A DNA stretch of 64,000 nucleotides from Amoebidium appalachense (Eukaryota; Protista; Ichthyosporea): contig CAVNZM010000006.1 of the NCBI GenBank assembly GCA_963693365.1, positions 6,985,264 to 7,049,263 on the forward strand. Reading direction: 5' to 3'. This document shows, piece by piece, positions 1 through 10,360 of the stretch (positions within the stretch are counted from its first letter, which is position 1; every line of letters starts with the position of its first letter). Under the pieces are notes generated by a model. The model was not told where the DNA came from and searched no databases. It saw only the letters and a list, made by a program, of their open reading frames with translations. Position numbers and translations under genes: made by a program.

Positions 1-69
1 GCTTAGGGCATGGACTATAAGTTCTCAATGTTGCACACAGGTGCTGGACTCATGCTAAGGCAAACGACC

Positions 70-422
70 AAAACCCCCCTCCCCCCCCCCCCCTTCCCCC
101 CTTCCCCCCCATCCCCCCTCCTCCCCCCTCTACCCCTCACCCAACGGGGGCCTCCTTATAGTGCCCCGATAACACCCCTTAACATCTACGCCTGTGCACC
201 AAGGATTCTCCGGTATTTTTTCTAGCTAGCCTGTCCGTCCTCCCCTCGCCCCCCTCTCCCCACACACACACAGACGCACTAGCTGTGGCTCAAACACGTA
301 GACACGTATATACTGGAGTGCCCGAGGGGGGGAGAAGGGGCAGCAGGGGGCAAAGGGGGGGGAGGGGAAGGGGGGATAGTCACCACATCCAAAAACATGG
401 GGTTTCTCCCCGGGCGTGACCT

Positions 423-453
<31 letters not shown>

Positions 454-1231
454 CCTCCCCCCCACCCCTTCCCGTTGCTCCTATGAGATGGCCCTCCCTT
501 CAGTCAAGGACCTACCTCTTACCTGCAGCTGCATGTTGGAACTTGAAGAAACCTTCAAACCACCATCTGCTTGCGACCTCCCTCCCCCCCCCCCCCCCCC
601 GCCTTCCCCCCCCCCCCCCTCCCTCCCCCCCCCCCCCCCCCCCCCCCTTCCCTCCCCTCTCTCTCCACCATTCCCAACGGCTCCTCGTGAGCTTCCCGGC
701 CTGGGTCTTGGCCTGGTCTGATTCTGTAAGCATTTAGAAATGTTATCTCACCCAGTTCCTTGCTATACCAAAGGCTAACATTTAATCTTGCAGTGCAGTA
801 AGCCTTATGTGTGTGTGTCCTCGTGGGTGAATGCTCGTGTTTGTATAGCACGGTAGATGGAAAGTAAGGAAAGGTGTGTGTGTGTGTTTGTGTGTTTGTG
901 TGTGGGAGGGGGGGGGAGGGGGGAGGGAGGGGGGGGGGGAGAGAGGGGGGAGGGGGATATATGTCGGGGAACCCGGCTAACTTAGCCTACGGTACCCTTT
1001 GCTGTTTGCACACATGCTAACACCATATCTGTGTGCACACAGCCCGAGGAATATACCACACACACACTAGTGATAATGTGCTCACGTCTGGGTGTGTCCA
1101 CGTGTGTGTGGGCATTTTTGTGCGGCACATGTGTGTCGGACCGTGAACGGTTTCCTCCTCCTCCCCTCCCCCCCCCCCCCCCCCCCTCTCCCCCTCTCCC
1201 CCCCCCCCCCCCCCCCCTCCCCCTCCCCCCC

Positions 1232-1262
<31 letters not shown>

Positions 1263-1422
1263 AAAAAAGGAAAAAAAAAAAAAAAAAAAAAAAAAACCTT
1301 CGTTACAAGCCATGCACGACCGACCCCAAAAAAAAAAAAGAAAAGAAAAAAAAAAAAGAAAAAAAACCTTCGTTACAAGTAGTCATGCACGACCGGAGAG
1401 GGGGGGGGGGGCAGGAAGTTGC

Positions 1423-1466
<44 letters not shown>

Positions 1467-3457
1467 GATTGTGTGAAGATAATACCAAGTGTATTCGGGT
1501 GTGTTGCGATTGTTGGCTTTGAATATGCCAATGTTTGTGTTTGGAAGCCAAGGCCATTCAAACCATTGGGTTGCCAAGTTGATGCCGGAACCACCCCACC
1601 TCCCCCCATCCCCCCCCCCCCCCCCCCCCCCCCCCTCCTCCCTCTCCCCCCCCCCCCTTCCCCCCTTTCCCCCAAACACACACACACCTGCTCACACACA
1701 TTCCCTCGAGACGTTAGCGAACACGGTGGCACACCCCACAGAACCATAGATTTGCCCTGACACACTGTACACACGTGCACACACTACACATTGCCAAGTG
1801 CACAAGTGGGTGTGTGGCATACCGTGGTACAAACACAGACCTGTCACACACACTCACTGTTAAACACAAACGCACACACCATGACCTGTGTATCTGACGC
1901 AAATTCACAAAAACACACACACAAGCCGAGTGTTACACATTTTCACGCACACACAGTCACATGTACACATGGTGAGGCCATACATAACACCTACCCACAC
2001 ACCCACAAGCCCCCGGTGCAGCCAGCACCCTGAGACCACCACCCACCTCTGGGCCTGCCTGCCCCATGCCGGGGAGGTCCCCACCCTGACCACGGCCATC
2101 ACAGCCTGCATCCACAACGTCCTGCACACTCGCCATCCAAACACCCCCACGGCACAGCACCACCATACGGCAGCCACGGTGGTAGACCAATGTGCATGGA
2201 TAAACTGGATAGGAGGCAACGGTAACCCACCAGACCCCGAAGACATCAAGTGGGTCGAACGTGGATTCTGCCCACGATCGGTGGGTCCACTACTTGCAGC
2301 CACCGGCACCACCAAGACCACCACCCGGGCCATCTTAGAAAAATCACAGTAGAGTTGCAGTCCTTTTTCTTTTCAAAAATTTGGCACCCATGGAACACAA
2401 CACTCCCCCCCACCCACCCCAAAACGCAAAAACACCACCATATACCCACCACCCGTAGAAAGAAAAGTATGGCTCCCCAAAAACCCAAGACACCAACAAA
2501 TACACCCCACACACACCCGGCCAGCCTGTTCTGACTGCCGGAACACACACAGACCCAGTGTGCCCTGTAAAACCCACCTTTTAGTCCACAAAAACATCGC
2601 CACAACATACGTACAACAACACATAATGTTAGGCAGCAACTCCCCACCACCACCACCACCACACCCCATCATCCACCCATACCCACCGTAAATACTATAC
2701 ACAACACTTAGGACTTCCCAATACTGTAGATCGACCAATGAGAGCCCTCGGTTAACGTTTATTGCTAGGTTTTGAATGGAGGGGAGGACTGGAGCCTCCT
2801 GCCGGCGTGGCCGGGGTAGTAGCCCTGGGCAAAGTGTGTACTTATAGTTAGGTTGTGAAGGATGGTTTAGCTTAGCTGAACTCATAGATAGCACCTTAAC
2901 TAGTGTACTGTCGGTGCTGTGTGGTAGACGGTAGTTTCCCTAAAGGGCCTGAAAAGGCCCTCCGGGAACAAAACGTGATAAAATAAAACAAAAAAAAAAA
3001 AAAAAAAAAAAACACACACACCCACACAATGTGCATACACTGTGGCCAGACTAATTAAGATTCTTCCCTGGCAGTGCCCCCCCCTCCCCCCCCCCCCCCT
3101 CCCCCCCCTCTACCCCCCCCCCTCCCCCCGGCAGTCTCTTGAGTCCTCTGTCCCCCAGTCCCCCCATCCCCTGTCCATCACCCTCTTCCCCCCTATCCCC
3201 CTTGTAATCGTTGCTACCCACTGCTGGGCCACCCACCCACCCATCCAAAACAACAAGAAAAATCACATGTGGATAGACTAAGTATGTTTCCCTTATATTT
3301 GGGCTCTTATTTTCTGTCTTCTGCTTTGCAGCTGATATCGTCTCACACGAACCCTCACTCACTCAATCCCTGTACTCCCCCCGGCCCCCCCCCTCTCCCC
3401 CCCCCCTTCCAACCAGCTTAATTGTTTGAGGCACTGACCTAAGTCCTCCGAACAAAG

Positions 3458-3490
<33 letters not shown>

Positions 3491-3808
3491 TCCCCCCCGT
3501 TCAGGCTCCTGAGCTCCCCCCTTCTCCTCCTGCCTTCTCCTCCCAGGCACCTTCCCCCTCCCCCCCCCCCCCCCTCCCCCCCTCTATACACCCTCCCTCC
3601 GTCCCCGGCTGGCCCCCCTGAACCCCGTTCCCCATGCGCCCCCCCCCCCCCCCAACCCTCGTGTGCGTCCCCCCCCCCCCCCCCCCCCCCGCCCTCCCTG
3701 CGGAGGCTCTCCCCCTCCCTCCCCCCTCCCCCCCACCAGGCTACCAAAAAAAAAAAAAAAAAAAAAAAAAAACGGCCTACCCCCCCCCCCCCCCCCCCCC
3801 CCCCCCCA
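70..3808. repeat. Low-complexity region of long poly-C/poly-G runs, poly-A runs and CA/TG-rich tracts
   Basis: Many homopolymer runs of 15-40 nt. The ORFs here are poly-Pro, poly-Gly and poly-Lys translation artefacts. Confidence 0.95.
2005..3012 (+). mobile_element. Decayed 3' end of a non-LTR retrotransposon (C-terminal zinc-finger remnant, 3' stem-loop, poly-A tail)
   Basis: Translation PRCSQHPETTTHLWAC (about 2011-2058) resembles the CxxC..ET..HL..C zinc finger at the C-terminus of LINE ORF2. Hairpin AGGGCCT-GAAA-AGGCCCT at 2944-2961, then AATAAA and an A tract at 2990-3012. Confidence 0.5.
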
Positions 3809-3983
3809 TTAGGTGCGAAGTAGTGACTTTAACACTAAGGCATCATGATGATGATCGTTCAACATGCGCATGGCATTTGTAACGAAAGATCCCGATCGAT
3901 CCCATGATCATAAGTTAAACAGTGTTTTGTGTATGTATACATAATATCATTGATATAGTTTATACATACATACATATATATAT

Positions 3984-4103
3984 CACATCGATTCAGTCGC
4001 ACACATCGATTCAGTCGCACACATCGATTCAGTCGCACACATCGATTCAGTCGCACACATCGATTAAGTCGCACACATCGATTCAGTCGCACACATCGAT
4101 TCA
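3984..4103 (+). repeat. 18-bp tandem repeat (ACACATCGATTCAGTCGC), about 6.7 copies
   Basis: Read directly. One unit carries a C>A variant. Lies about 100 bp upstream of LINE ORF1. Confidence 0.95.
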
Positions 4104-4208
4104 AATGTCGCTCTTTATTATCTGCTAATAAATAGTATCCTTCGCGCATCCACCCCTAAACCAGGCCATCCGTGGCCCTAAGGGCCGGGGAACACCCCCA
4201 TCCATGTC

Positions 4209-5393
4209 ATGGCACATGCCTATAATCGTTTCAGAACCTCTTTCAAAGTTCCATCTACACCCATCACACATGTGCGACCATTAAAACGTCCAGCAGATAC
4301 ACCTACCACAGATGCACAACCAGAAAAACATCGCCTTAGACTAAGCGCAACACCTATTTACAATACACTACCCATTCAGAATAACACCACACCACTCCGT
4401 AGAAACACAATAACAACCATGCCGAAACTTTCGGTTGATACAGTACTGGCAGAACTTGCCCTCGTTAAGAAACAGCTAAATGAGCTGTTACCACTCAAGA
4501 ACATGATAGAAAAACTCCAAACAGAAAATACCCAACTCAAGCTCACCATTGATTCACTCACAGCCCAGCTAAACATTAGTGGATCGCAAAACCCCAAAAC
4601 TCATGAGCAAACATCTCGCGACGGAGACATTTCCACCCCAACACAAAACAATACAGGACCGGAAGCACAGCTCCCGGCAGAGTTCCTAGAATATGCGAAC
4701 TCTCGTAAAACACCCGAGCTCCGCCAAATTGCCAAGGAAACATATGCCAGCATTCTTGCAGGCAACGAGTACCGCCGCAACTCCCCTCCCAAACCGCCGG
4801 CTAAGGGGAACACCCAAGCAAACGGTAACATCAACATCCCACCCAAATACGAGAGGGTGTATTTCAAAGTCAAGCACGGCAGACGCCCACACAGGGCCAT
4901 GTGGTCCATCTTCAAGGCTCTCGGCTTCCGGTGCTCTCGCATCCTTTGTCTGTCCTTCATTGGATACGATGTGCTGGAAGTAGCAGTACGGGGCGACTAT
5001 AACCGTGCGTTCATCCGTGACGCGACAAAGGGGTGTGGAAGCTTCTTCACCCACCTCCCAAGCTACGACCCATGCGCGCCGGAAAACATTCAGAAAGCAG
5101 ACAAAGAACGTAAAGTGTCTGCTAAGAATGCGTGCGCCACACGTTGTCGTGTACGCATCAGCAAGGCAAAAGAGTTCCTCGCAAAGTTGGAAAACGATGC
5201 TACGAGCGTGATAGACACGGACACGAAGGAACCAATGTTTTCTGGTGAGAAACTGCTCGAGCGCAAACGCCGATGCGAGATGGAAATCGAGCTCTTCTGC
5301 GAACTGTTCGCGCTGGCGGAAGGTCGTGCATACGACCCCGTAAGCGACAAGTGGGAACCAACCCCACAGGTGTCGGACCAAACCGATGCCTAA
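4209..5393 (+). CDS. LINE ORF1 protein (coiled-coil, probable nucleic-acid chaperone), 394 aa
   Basis: Heptad-like segment LAELALVKKQLNELLPLKNMIEKLQTENTQLKLTIDSLTAQL. Positioned directly upstream of the EN-RT ORF and overlapping it by 8 nt (ATGCCTAA). Confidence 0.8.
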   Translation: MAHAYNRFRTSFKVPSTPITHVRPLKRPADTPTTDAQPEKHRLRLSATPIYNTLPIQNNTTPLRRNTITTMPKLSVDTVLAELALVKKQLNELLPLKNMIEKLQTENTQLKLTIDSLTAQLNISGSQNPKTHEQTSRDGDISTPTQNNTGPEAQLPAEFLEYANSRKTPELRQIAKETYASILAGNEYRRNSPPKPPAKGNTQANGNINIPPKYERVYFKVKHGRRPHRAMWSIFKALGFRCSRILCLSFIGYDVLEVAVRGDYNRAFIRDATKGCGSFFTHLPSYDPCAPENIQKADKERKVSAKNACATRCRVRISKAKEFLAKLENDATSVIDTDTKEPMFSGEKLLERKRRCEMEIELFCELFALAEGRAYDPVSDKWEPTPQVSDQTDA

Positions 5394-8300
5394 TTTATCC
5401 TTCTTCTTCTGGAATGCTCGGACACTGGGCCCCCAAAAGGGCCTCCCCCCCGGGACACTCGACGATAAAATCAGCTACATACAACAACAGACAAACAACC
5501 ACACGTTTACAGTGATTTGCGAAACACAGTTTAAAAACCACCACAAATTCAACTCTACATTGGTCGACACATCCACACACCCCGGTTACGCGAAAAACCG
5601 AGGCATTATTGTACTTGCCGCACCACACGTGAGAGTGAAGTGCAAACCGGTAGCAAAAACGGAATTCTCGGTTTCTATAGAGTTTCTTTCTAATGTTTTT
5701 ACTTTTGTATATTACCCACCATCTATGTCGGTTGTCGAATTGACTCACGAGTTGTCACAGTTACCAATGTCCACTGTTATTTTAGGTGATTTTAACACGC
5801 GACTCCACCACACAGACACACTGCAAGTGAGTGTCGGGTACCCATCTAAGCCCCCGGAGCGTGCTATCCCTTTAGCAAGGTATGTCCAAAGTCACACTTT
5901 GCGGTTCCCTCAAATATCCCATGCCCACAACACCGACTGGGGAGTGGCCTTTTGGCCATCAACCATGTCAAAACTCTCTCTCCCTCCTAACCTCTCTAGG
6001 TCATCTGACCACTCTCCTATCCTTTTCCTACCTAAGATCTCCCTTGATCTGCTCCCCCCTCCCCCTCCCACCTTTCGCCTCCGTCTATCCCAGCTTAAGT
6101 CACAGTGGGGTAGAGTTGATGTATGTGTATGCTATGCTACGAAACACCCTATATATATGCGCCTATTAGAATCTGCACAAGCCAGGCCAGATTCACATCT
6201 CGTACTAGATACATGCACTAACTTTATTGTTGATGATTTGATAGATCTCGGTGATTATGCTGGCGGTGGTAGGAAGGAATATCCCGATGCTCTCTTGTTA
6301 CCAAACACCACTCCCGCTAGACTAGGTGAACCCCTGTCTCAAAAGGAAAGCTTGCGCCGGCTTGCTAGTATGAATCGATTTGGCCCCCCTGCTCGTATTA
6401 TTGGTGATACCACTGGAGACCCCCTCATAGACTCTGATAAGTATTTCTCGGAACTGTTTAAAGATAGGACCCCCGCTCAGAAACCTATTGTGTGGCCTGT
6501 AGACCCATCTATCCCCATAGAATCGATCCTCCCCTTTTTCAGTCCCGATGCCATATGGTCTGTGATATCTAGTTATAGCTCTAGTAAGTCTTGTGGACCT
6601 GATGGACTCCCTGCTGGGTTTCTTAAAATCCTTGTTCCCTCCTACCCACAAAAGGAAAGTGATCGTGCTATTAAACCTGATCTTACTATCATGTTAAGCT
6701 CTCTCTTTTCTTGGTGTGTTAAATGTGGACATGTCCCGTCATCTTGGTTAGATACCTTAGTGATCCCCATAGTTAAGAAGGACTCTGAGGGCCCCATATC
6801 ATCCTTTCGCCCCATTACACTAACCCAGGTTGTTCGTAGATTCTTTGAAGCTTGCTTACTTAGGTTATTTGCACATCACCCTAGGTTTCAATCTATTCTT
6901 CACATACACCCATGCCAATCCGCTTTTCGTAAAAACAATTCATGTTATGTTCAAATAATGGCACTGCACGATTCTATGCAAGTTGGTGCACAATATGTTG
7001 GCTTTATTGATTGGAAAACTGCTTACGATTCTGTCTCCCCTGGTCTCCTATGGGAAAAGCTTGCTGCACGGGGTGTACCACACTGCATTGGTGTTCTGTT
7101 AGAAGCACTCTTGTCTCAAACCTATGGTAGAGCTGTGGTTAATGGGCATCTTTCATATGGTTTTGCTCGTACTAGAGGTCTCTTGCAGGGTTCATTGCTT
7201 AGCCCCTTTTTGTTTAACCTATTTATAGATGATTTGGCTGTCAAGATTTACGCCGAAAACGATGACCCTATTAATAACTTTCCGCCTGCACTTCTCTATG
7301 CTGATGATCTGTCCCTCCTTGCCCGTACCCCTAGACGCCTGCAAAGATTGTTCGATGTAGTGTCAGAGTGGTGCAAGGCAAACCTTATGATCCTTAACAT
7401 AGACAAATGTGGTGTTCTTGTACCTGATATAGCTAACAATTTACACACATTTACATTATCATCTAAACCTGTACCTATAGTTCCAGAATACAAATATCTT
7501 GGTGTTCCGGTTGATTCTGTTGGTGTTATGTTTCCCCATATGGTCGAAAAGAGGGTAGAGTTGGCTCGTAAGCGGTTAGCTTTCTTCTCGGCTAATATTT
7601 TTAAAGACACACCCCTCCATCCTTCTATTAGACTTACATTTATTCGCACTTTTGTCTTCCCGGCATGTGAATATGGTTTACCCCTTCTCGCCGCTTGGAT
7701 CAAGAAAGAGAGAACTAGAGCGCTTAAACCCTTGGCAAATTTCCTTGAAGCAGAAGTTGCCTCCTTTCTATCTAACAACTGTTGTAAACCTGGGCCTGTA
7801 ACGCTCTCGATATATGGTCTGGTCCCAATAGCTGCTAGAGTATCCTATCTCGCGCTGAAATTCAATAAGCACATAAGCCGCTTAAAGAAGTATTTGCCCT
7901 CCCACCCTCTCTTCTCTATCCGACCTGTCCCCTCCTCACCTCTCCCCTCTTTCCTCCCCTCTCTCTCCCCTTCTCCCCTGGGCACAAATACAAATAAACC
8001 CCGCAATAGTGTGTGTGTGACTTTGGACTGCCACTTACTTATTAAACATGTACACAATCACAAGATAATCACGCAATATAACAAATGGAAAAAGATACCA
8101 CACGACACTAGACCCGATGAAAGCATACACCTTGAAAAACTAAGCCTTATGTCTCGTTTTATATATACTGACCGCCTCAACCATATTGCCAAATATGGCA
8201 CTCGCAAGTGTATAACACCTAAATACATATTACCTTCCTGTAGAACTGGTCTTTCTCTAGCTGATGGTATTATTGATCAATTACCACGCTTTTACTGTAC

Positions 8301-8580
8301 ACGTGCTATACAGTGGAGATCTAATAAGTATAAGGTGGCATCATTTGCATGCCCAAACAACACACACACACACCAGTTTAACCGGTCATGTATCGCCAAA
8401 TGTAGTTTGATAGACCACATAATACCGCAACACACACACGTCACATTCACAACAGACACCCAGAAAGATAGCCTACCTGTAAATTACAACATCCTTGATT
8501 TTATACTAAACACGCGTAACTACGACCTGTTTATTAGATGTATTGATTGGCTTGAGAAACACATCACTACAAAATTATAG
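5386..8580 (+). CDS. LINE ORF2: AP-like endonuclease plus reverse transcriptase, 1064 aa
   Basis: Endonuclease motifs FWN, ICET, ILGDFN, SDH. RT motifs GPDG, FRPITL, QSAFR, IDWKTAYDSV, GLLQGSLLSPFLFNLF, YADD, YKYLG. Reading frame is uninterrupted. Confidence 0.95.
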   Translation: MPNLSFFFWNARTLGPQKGLPPGTLDDKISYIQQQTNNHTFTVICETQFKNHHKFNSTLVDTSTHPGYAKNRGIIVLAAPHVRVKCKPVAKTEFSVSIEFLSNVFTFVYYPPSMSVVELTHELSQLPMSTVILGDFNTRLHHTDTLQVSVGYPSKPPERAIPLARYVQSHTLRFPQISHAHNTDWGVAFWPSTMSKLSLPPNLSRSSDHSPILFLPKISLDLLPPPPPTFRLRLSQLKSQWGRVDVCVCYATKHPIYMRLLESAQARPDSHLVLDTCTNFIVDDLIDLGDYAGGGRKEYPDALLLPNTTPARLGEPLSQKESLRRLASMNRFGPPARIIGDTTGDPLIDSDKYFSELFKDRTPAQKPIVWPVDPSIPIESILPFFSPDAIWSVISSYSSSKSCGPDGLPAGFLKILVPSYPQKESDRAIKPDLTIMLSSLFSWCVKCGHVPSSWLDTLVIPIVKKDSEGPISSFRPITLTQVVRRFFEACLLRLFAHHPRFQSILHIHPCQSAFRKNNSCYVQIMALHDSMQVGAQYVGFIDWKTAYDSVSPGLLWEKLAARGVPHCIGVLLEALLSQTYGRAVVNGHLSYGFARTRGLLQGSLLSPFLFNLFIDDLAVKIYAENDDPINNFPPALLYADDLSLLARTPRRLQRLFDVVSEWCKANLMILNIDKCGVLVPDIANNLHTFTLSSKPVPIVPEYKYLGVPVDSVGVMFPHMVEKRVELARKRLAFFSANIFKDTPLHPSIRLTFIRTFVFPACEYGLPLLAAWIKKERTRALKPLANFLEAEVASFLSNNCCKPGPVTLSIYGLVPIAARVSYLALKFNKHISRLKKYLPSHPLFSIRPVPSSPLPSFLPSLSPSPLGTNTNKPRNSVCVTLDCHLLIKHVHNHKIITQYNKWKKIPHDTRPDESIHLEKLSLMSRFIYTDRLNHIAKYGTRKCITPKYILPSCRTGLSLADGIIDQLPRFYCTRAIQWRSNKYKVASFACPNNTHTHQFNRSCIAKCSLIDHIIPQHTHVTFTTDTQKDSLPVNYNILDFILNTRNYDLFIRCIDWLEKHITTKL

Positions 8581-8589
8581 CGCACGCGC

Positions 8590-8600
8590 ACACACACACA

Positions 8601-8656
<56 letters not shown>
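8590..8656. repeat. (CA)n microsatellite in the LINE 3' UTR
   Basis: Read directly. Confidence 0.95.
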
Positions 8657-8657
<1 letters not shown>

Positions 8658-8689
8658 CCAGCTGATACCGAGTGTCCCGAGGGGAGCCC

Positions 8690-8736
<47 letters not shown>

Positions 8737-8737
<1 letters not shown>

Positions 8738-8931
8738 GGGGAACCCCAACTAATTGATTTCTCCTTGTAGTCTTTATGGTGTCTCGTAGAGAAAGTAAAC
8801 CCTGATATATAGTCACCACCCGACATCTATGTACGTGATCATGATATACCGCTGAGGGGATATTCCGAGCAAACCCCCCCCCCCCATACCTGAGACTGGT
8901 TCTCTTTGCCTCGAGTAAACAGCGTAAACCC

Positions 8932-8933
<2 letters not shown>
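8737..8933 (-). repeat. ~197-bp dispersed element, copy 1 (GGGGGTTTACGCTG...GGGGTTCCCCG then a T tract on the minus strand)
   Basis: Near-identical to 56304-56500, and its 5' half recurs at 51313-51418. Flanked by an A tract (8694-8736) and (TA)n (8934-8978). Confidence 0.85.
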
Positions 8934-8979
<46 letters not shown>

Positions 8980-9990
8980 CGCAGATAACAAAACATAAGG
9001 ATTCTTTCTTCATGTCAGCTGATTCGCTCAGCCGGATCCGGGAAGCGAGTCGATCGCTTGACTCACTCCTCATTTAGCGACGTCATTGGTAGCTCTCGTC
9101 TATTGGGTGCTCCTTTCGTGCAGCACCACAGTGTTTTGCGTACTGTGCCTTTTGTTTTCAACTGGAGCCTTTCACCACTACCATTACATACATGTCAGTT
9201 ATATACTTCACATATGCCACGCGTGCACACATCCCGGTTGCAGACACCAATCGACACCAATTGTGTGTGCCCCATTTCACGCGAGCGAGAGGTGACTATG
9301 TCGAAACAGATAATCGTTGAAATACTCAGACATGTCAGGCTTAGCAGATCTCAACAAATAGTCCACTGTATACACAACTAGTTGCTCTGACACCACGCAG
9401 AATTTAAAAGAAATGTGTTCGCTCTAGACTCTGCACAGCAGCTCACGCTTGTCCCAGTGTGACTGGTTCTGCACTGACTGACACCACAATGTCAACGCCA
9501 GTGCATGTGCCTCCCATTCTGTGTTAACAAGATCACATACTTAAGCAACGTGGCAGGTTTGAGAGCACCGGCATATGTCAAGGGGGCTGGCTTTACAGAG
9601 GATGCTACTAGCACCGTGGTTGATTATGTTTTCTGTTTCTCCTTTGCGGGTGTTTGAAAAGGTCTATCGTTTCAGCGGACCCGCCCCCATTTTTTGTAGG
9701 TTAACCGCTGAGCGGATGTCCTGCCCGGATCTACGGATTCCAAGTCTGCTGAAATGTAGATACCGACTTATATTCCGATTTGCCTTTACCGTGGATTGAT
9801 ATTTTTGAAAGGGTCCCTGCTGTGGTCGACAAAATCACTGACAGCAAAAATCAACATGACGTGTTCAGAACACATGCAGATGCACTATAGCCTAGGGCAA
9901 AGCTTTCTTTTTAATAAAAGTTTTACTCCCGTCTAGGTATTGAGGGAACCAACATTTTCCACATAGAGTGGCACCCTCAAGGTGCTCACT

Positions 9991-10360
9991 GAGCCGCTCC
10001 GCGTTGATCTAAATATCTAAATATCTAGATTGTTAAATTTACGTATAAAACTTCCGCAATCCGATCGATCTGTTAAATATGTAAAGTTTGAATAAAATCT
10101 AGATTGATTTCGACCCTCTTCCAGATGCGAGGGGGCGGGGGGGGGGGGGGGGGGGTCTTCCATATGTCTAGGATGAGACGATTGGTCCTTGGAACTCGCC
10201 TAAATATCTCTTATCCAATAGAATTGCGATCTACGATCTAGATAATTCAGTTTCTAAACTGCTCTACGCGAATCAAGCAGACTTTTAGATATTAAGAGAA
10301 CGGCATTGGCTCTCTAAATTCGCCGAGTATTTAGATATTTAGATCAACGCGAAGCGGCTC
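9991..10360. mobile_element. MITE, 370 bp, about 33-bp terminal inverted repeats, 3-bp TSD (ACT); PIF/Harbinger-like by TSD length
   Basis: Left end GAGCCGCTCCGCGTTGATCTAAATATCTAAATA matches the reverse complement of the right end (TATTTAGATATTTAGATCAACGCGAAGCGGCTC) with 1 mismatch. ACT at 9988-9990 and 10361-10363. Confidence 0.85.

Larger units (their letters stand above)
3984..8736 (+). mobile_element. Apparently intact APE-type non-LTR retrotransposon (LINE); 5' boundary approximate
   Basis: Two long overlapping ORFs (ORF1, then EN-RT), a 3' UTR with (CA)n, and an A tract at 8694-8736. No TSD identified. Confidence 0.85.

Noticed and set aside
3-8. Telomeric TTAGGG (also CCCTAA near 10790 and 11112)
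   Set aside because: Isolated single hexamers with no tandem array.
2786-2840. HDV-like ribozyme core (AGCCTCCTGCCGGCGTGGCCGGGG)
   Set aside because: P3/L3 look similar, but I found no upstream P1 partner for GTGGCC and no P2 pairing.
10-3882. Many Pro-, Gly- and Lys-rich ORFs
   Set aside because: They are translations of homopolymer runs in all six frames, with no domain signal.
3984-4103. Possible CRISPR array
   Set aside because: The units are contiguous with no spacers, there are no cas genes, and the context is eukaryotic.
8834-8845. U1 snRNA-like CATGATCACG (minus strand)
   Set aside because: Only about 10 nt match, with no ATACTTACC 5' end and no Sm site.
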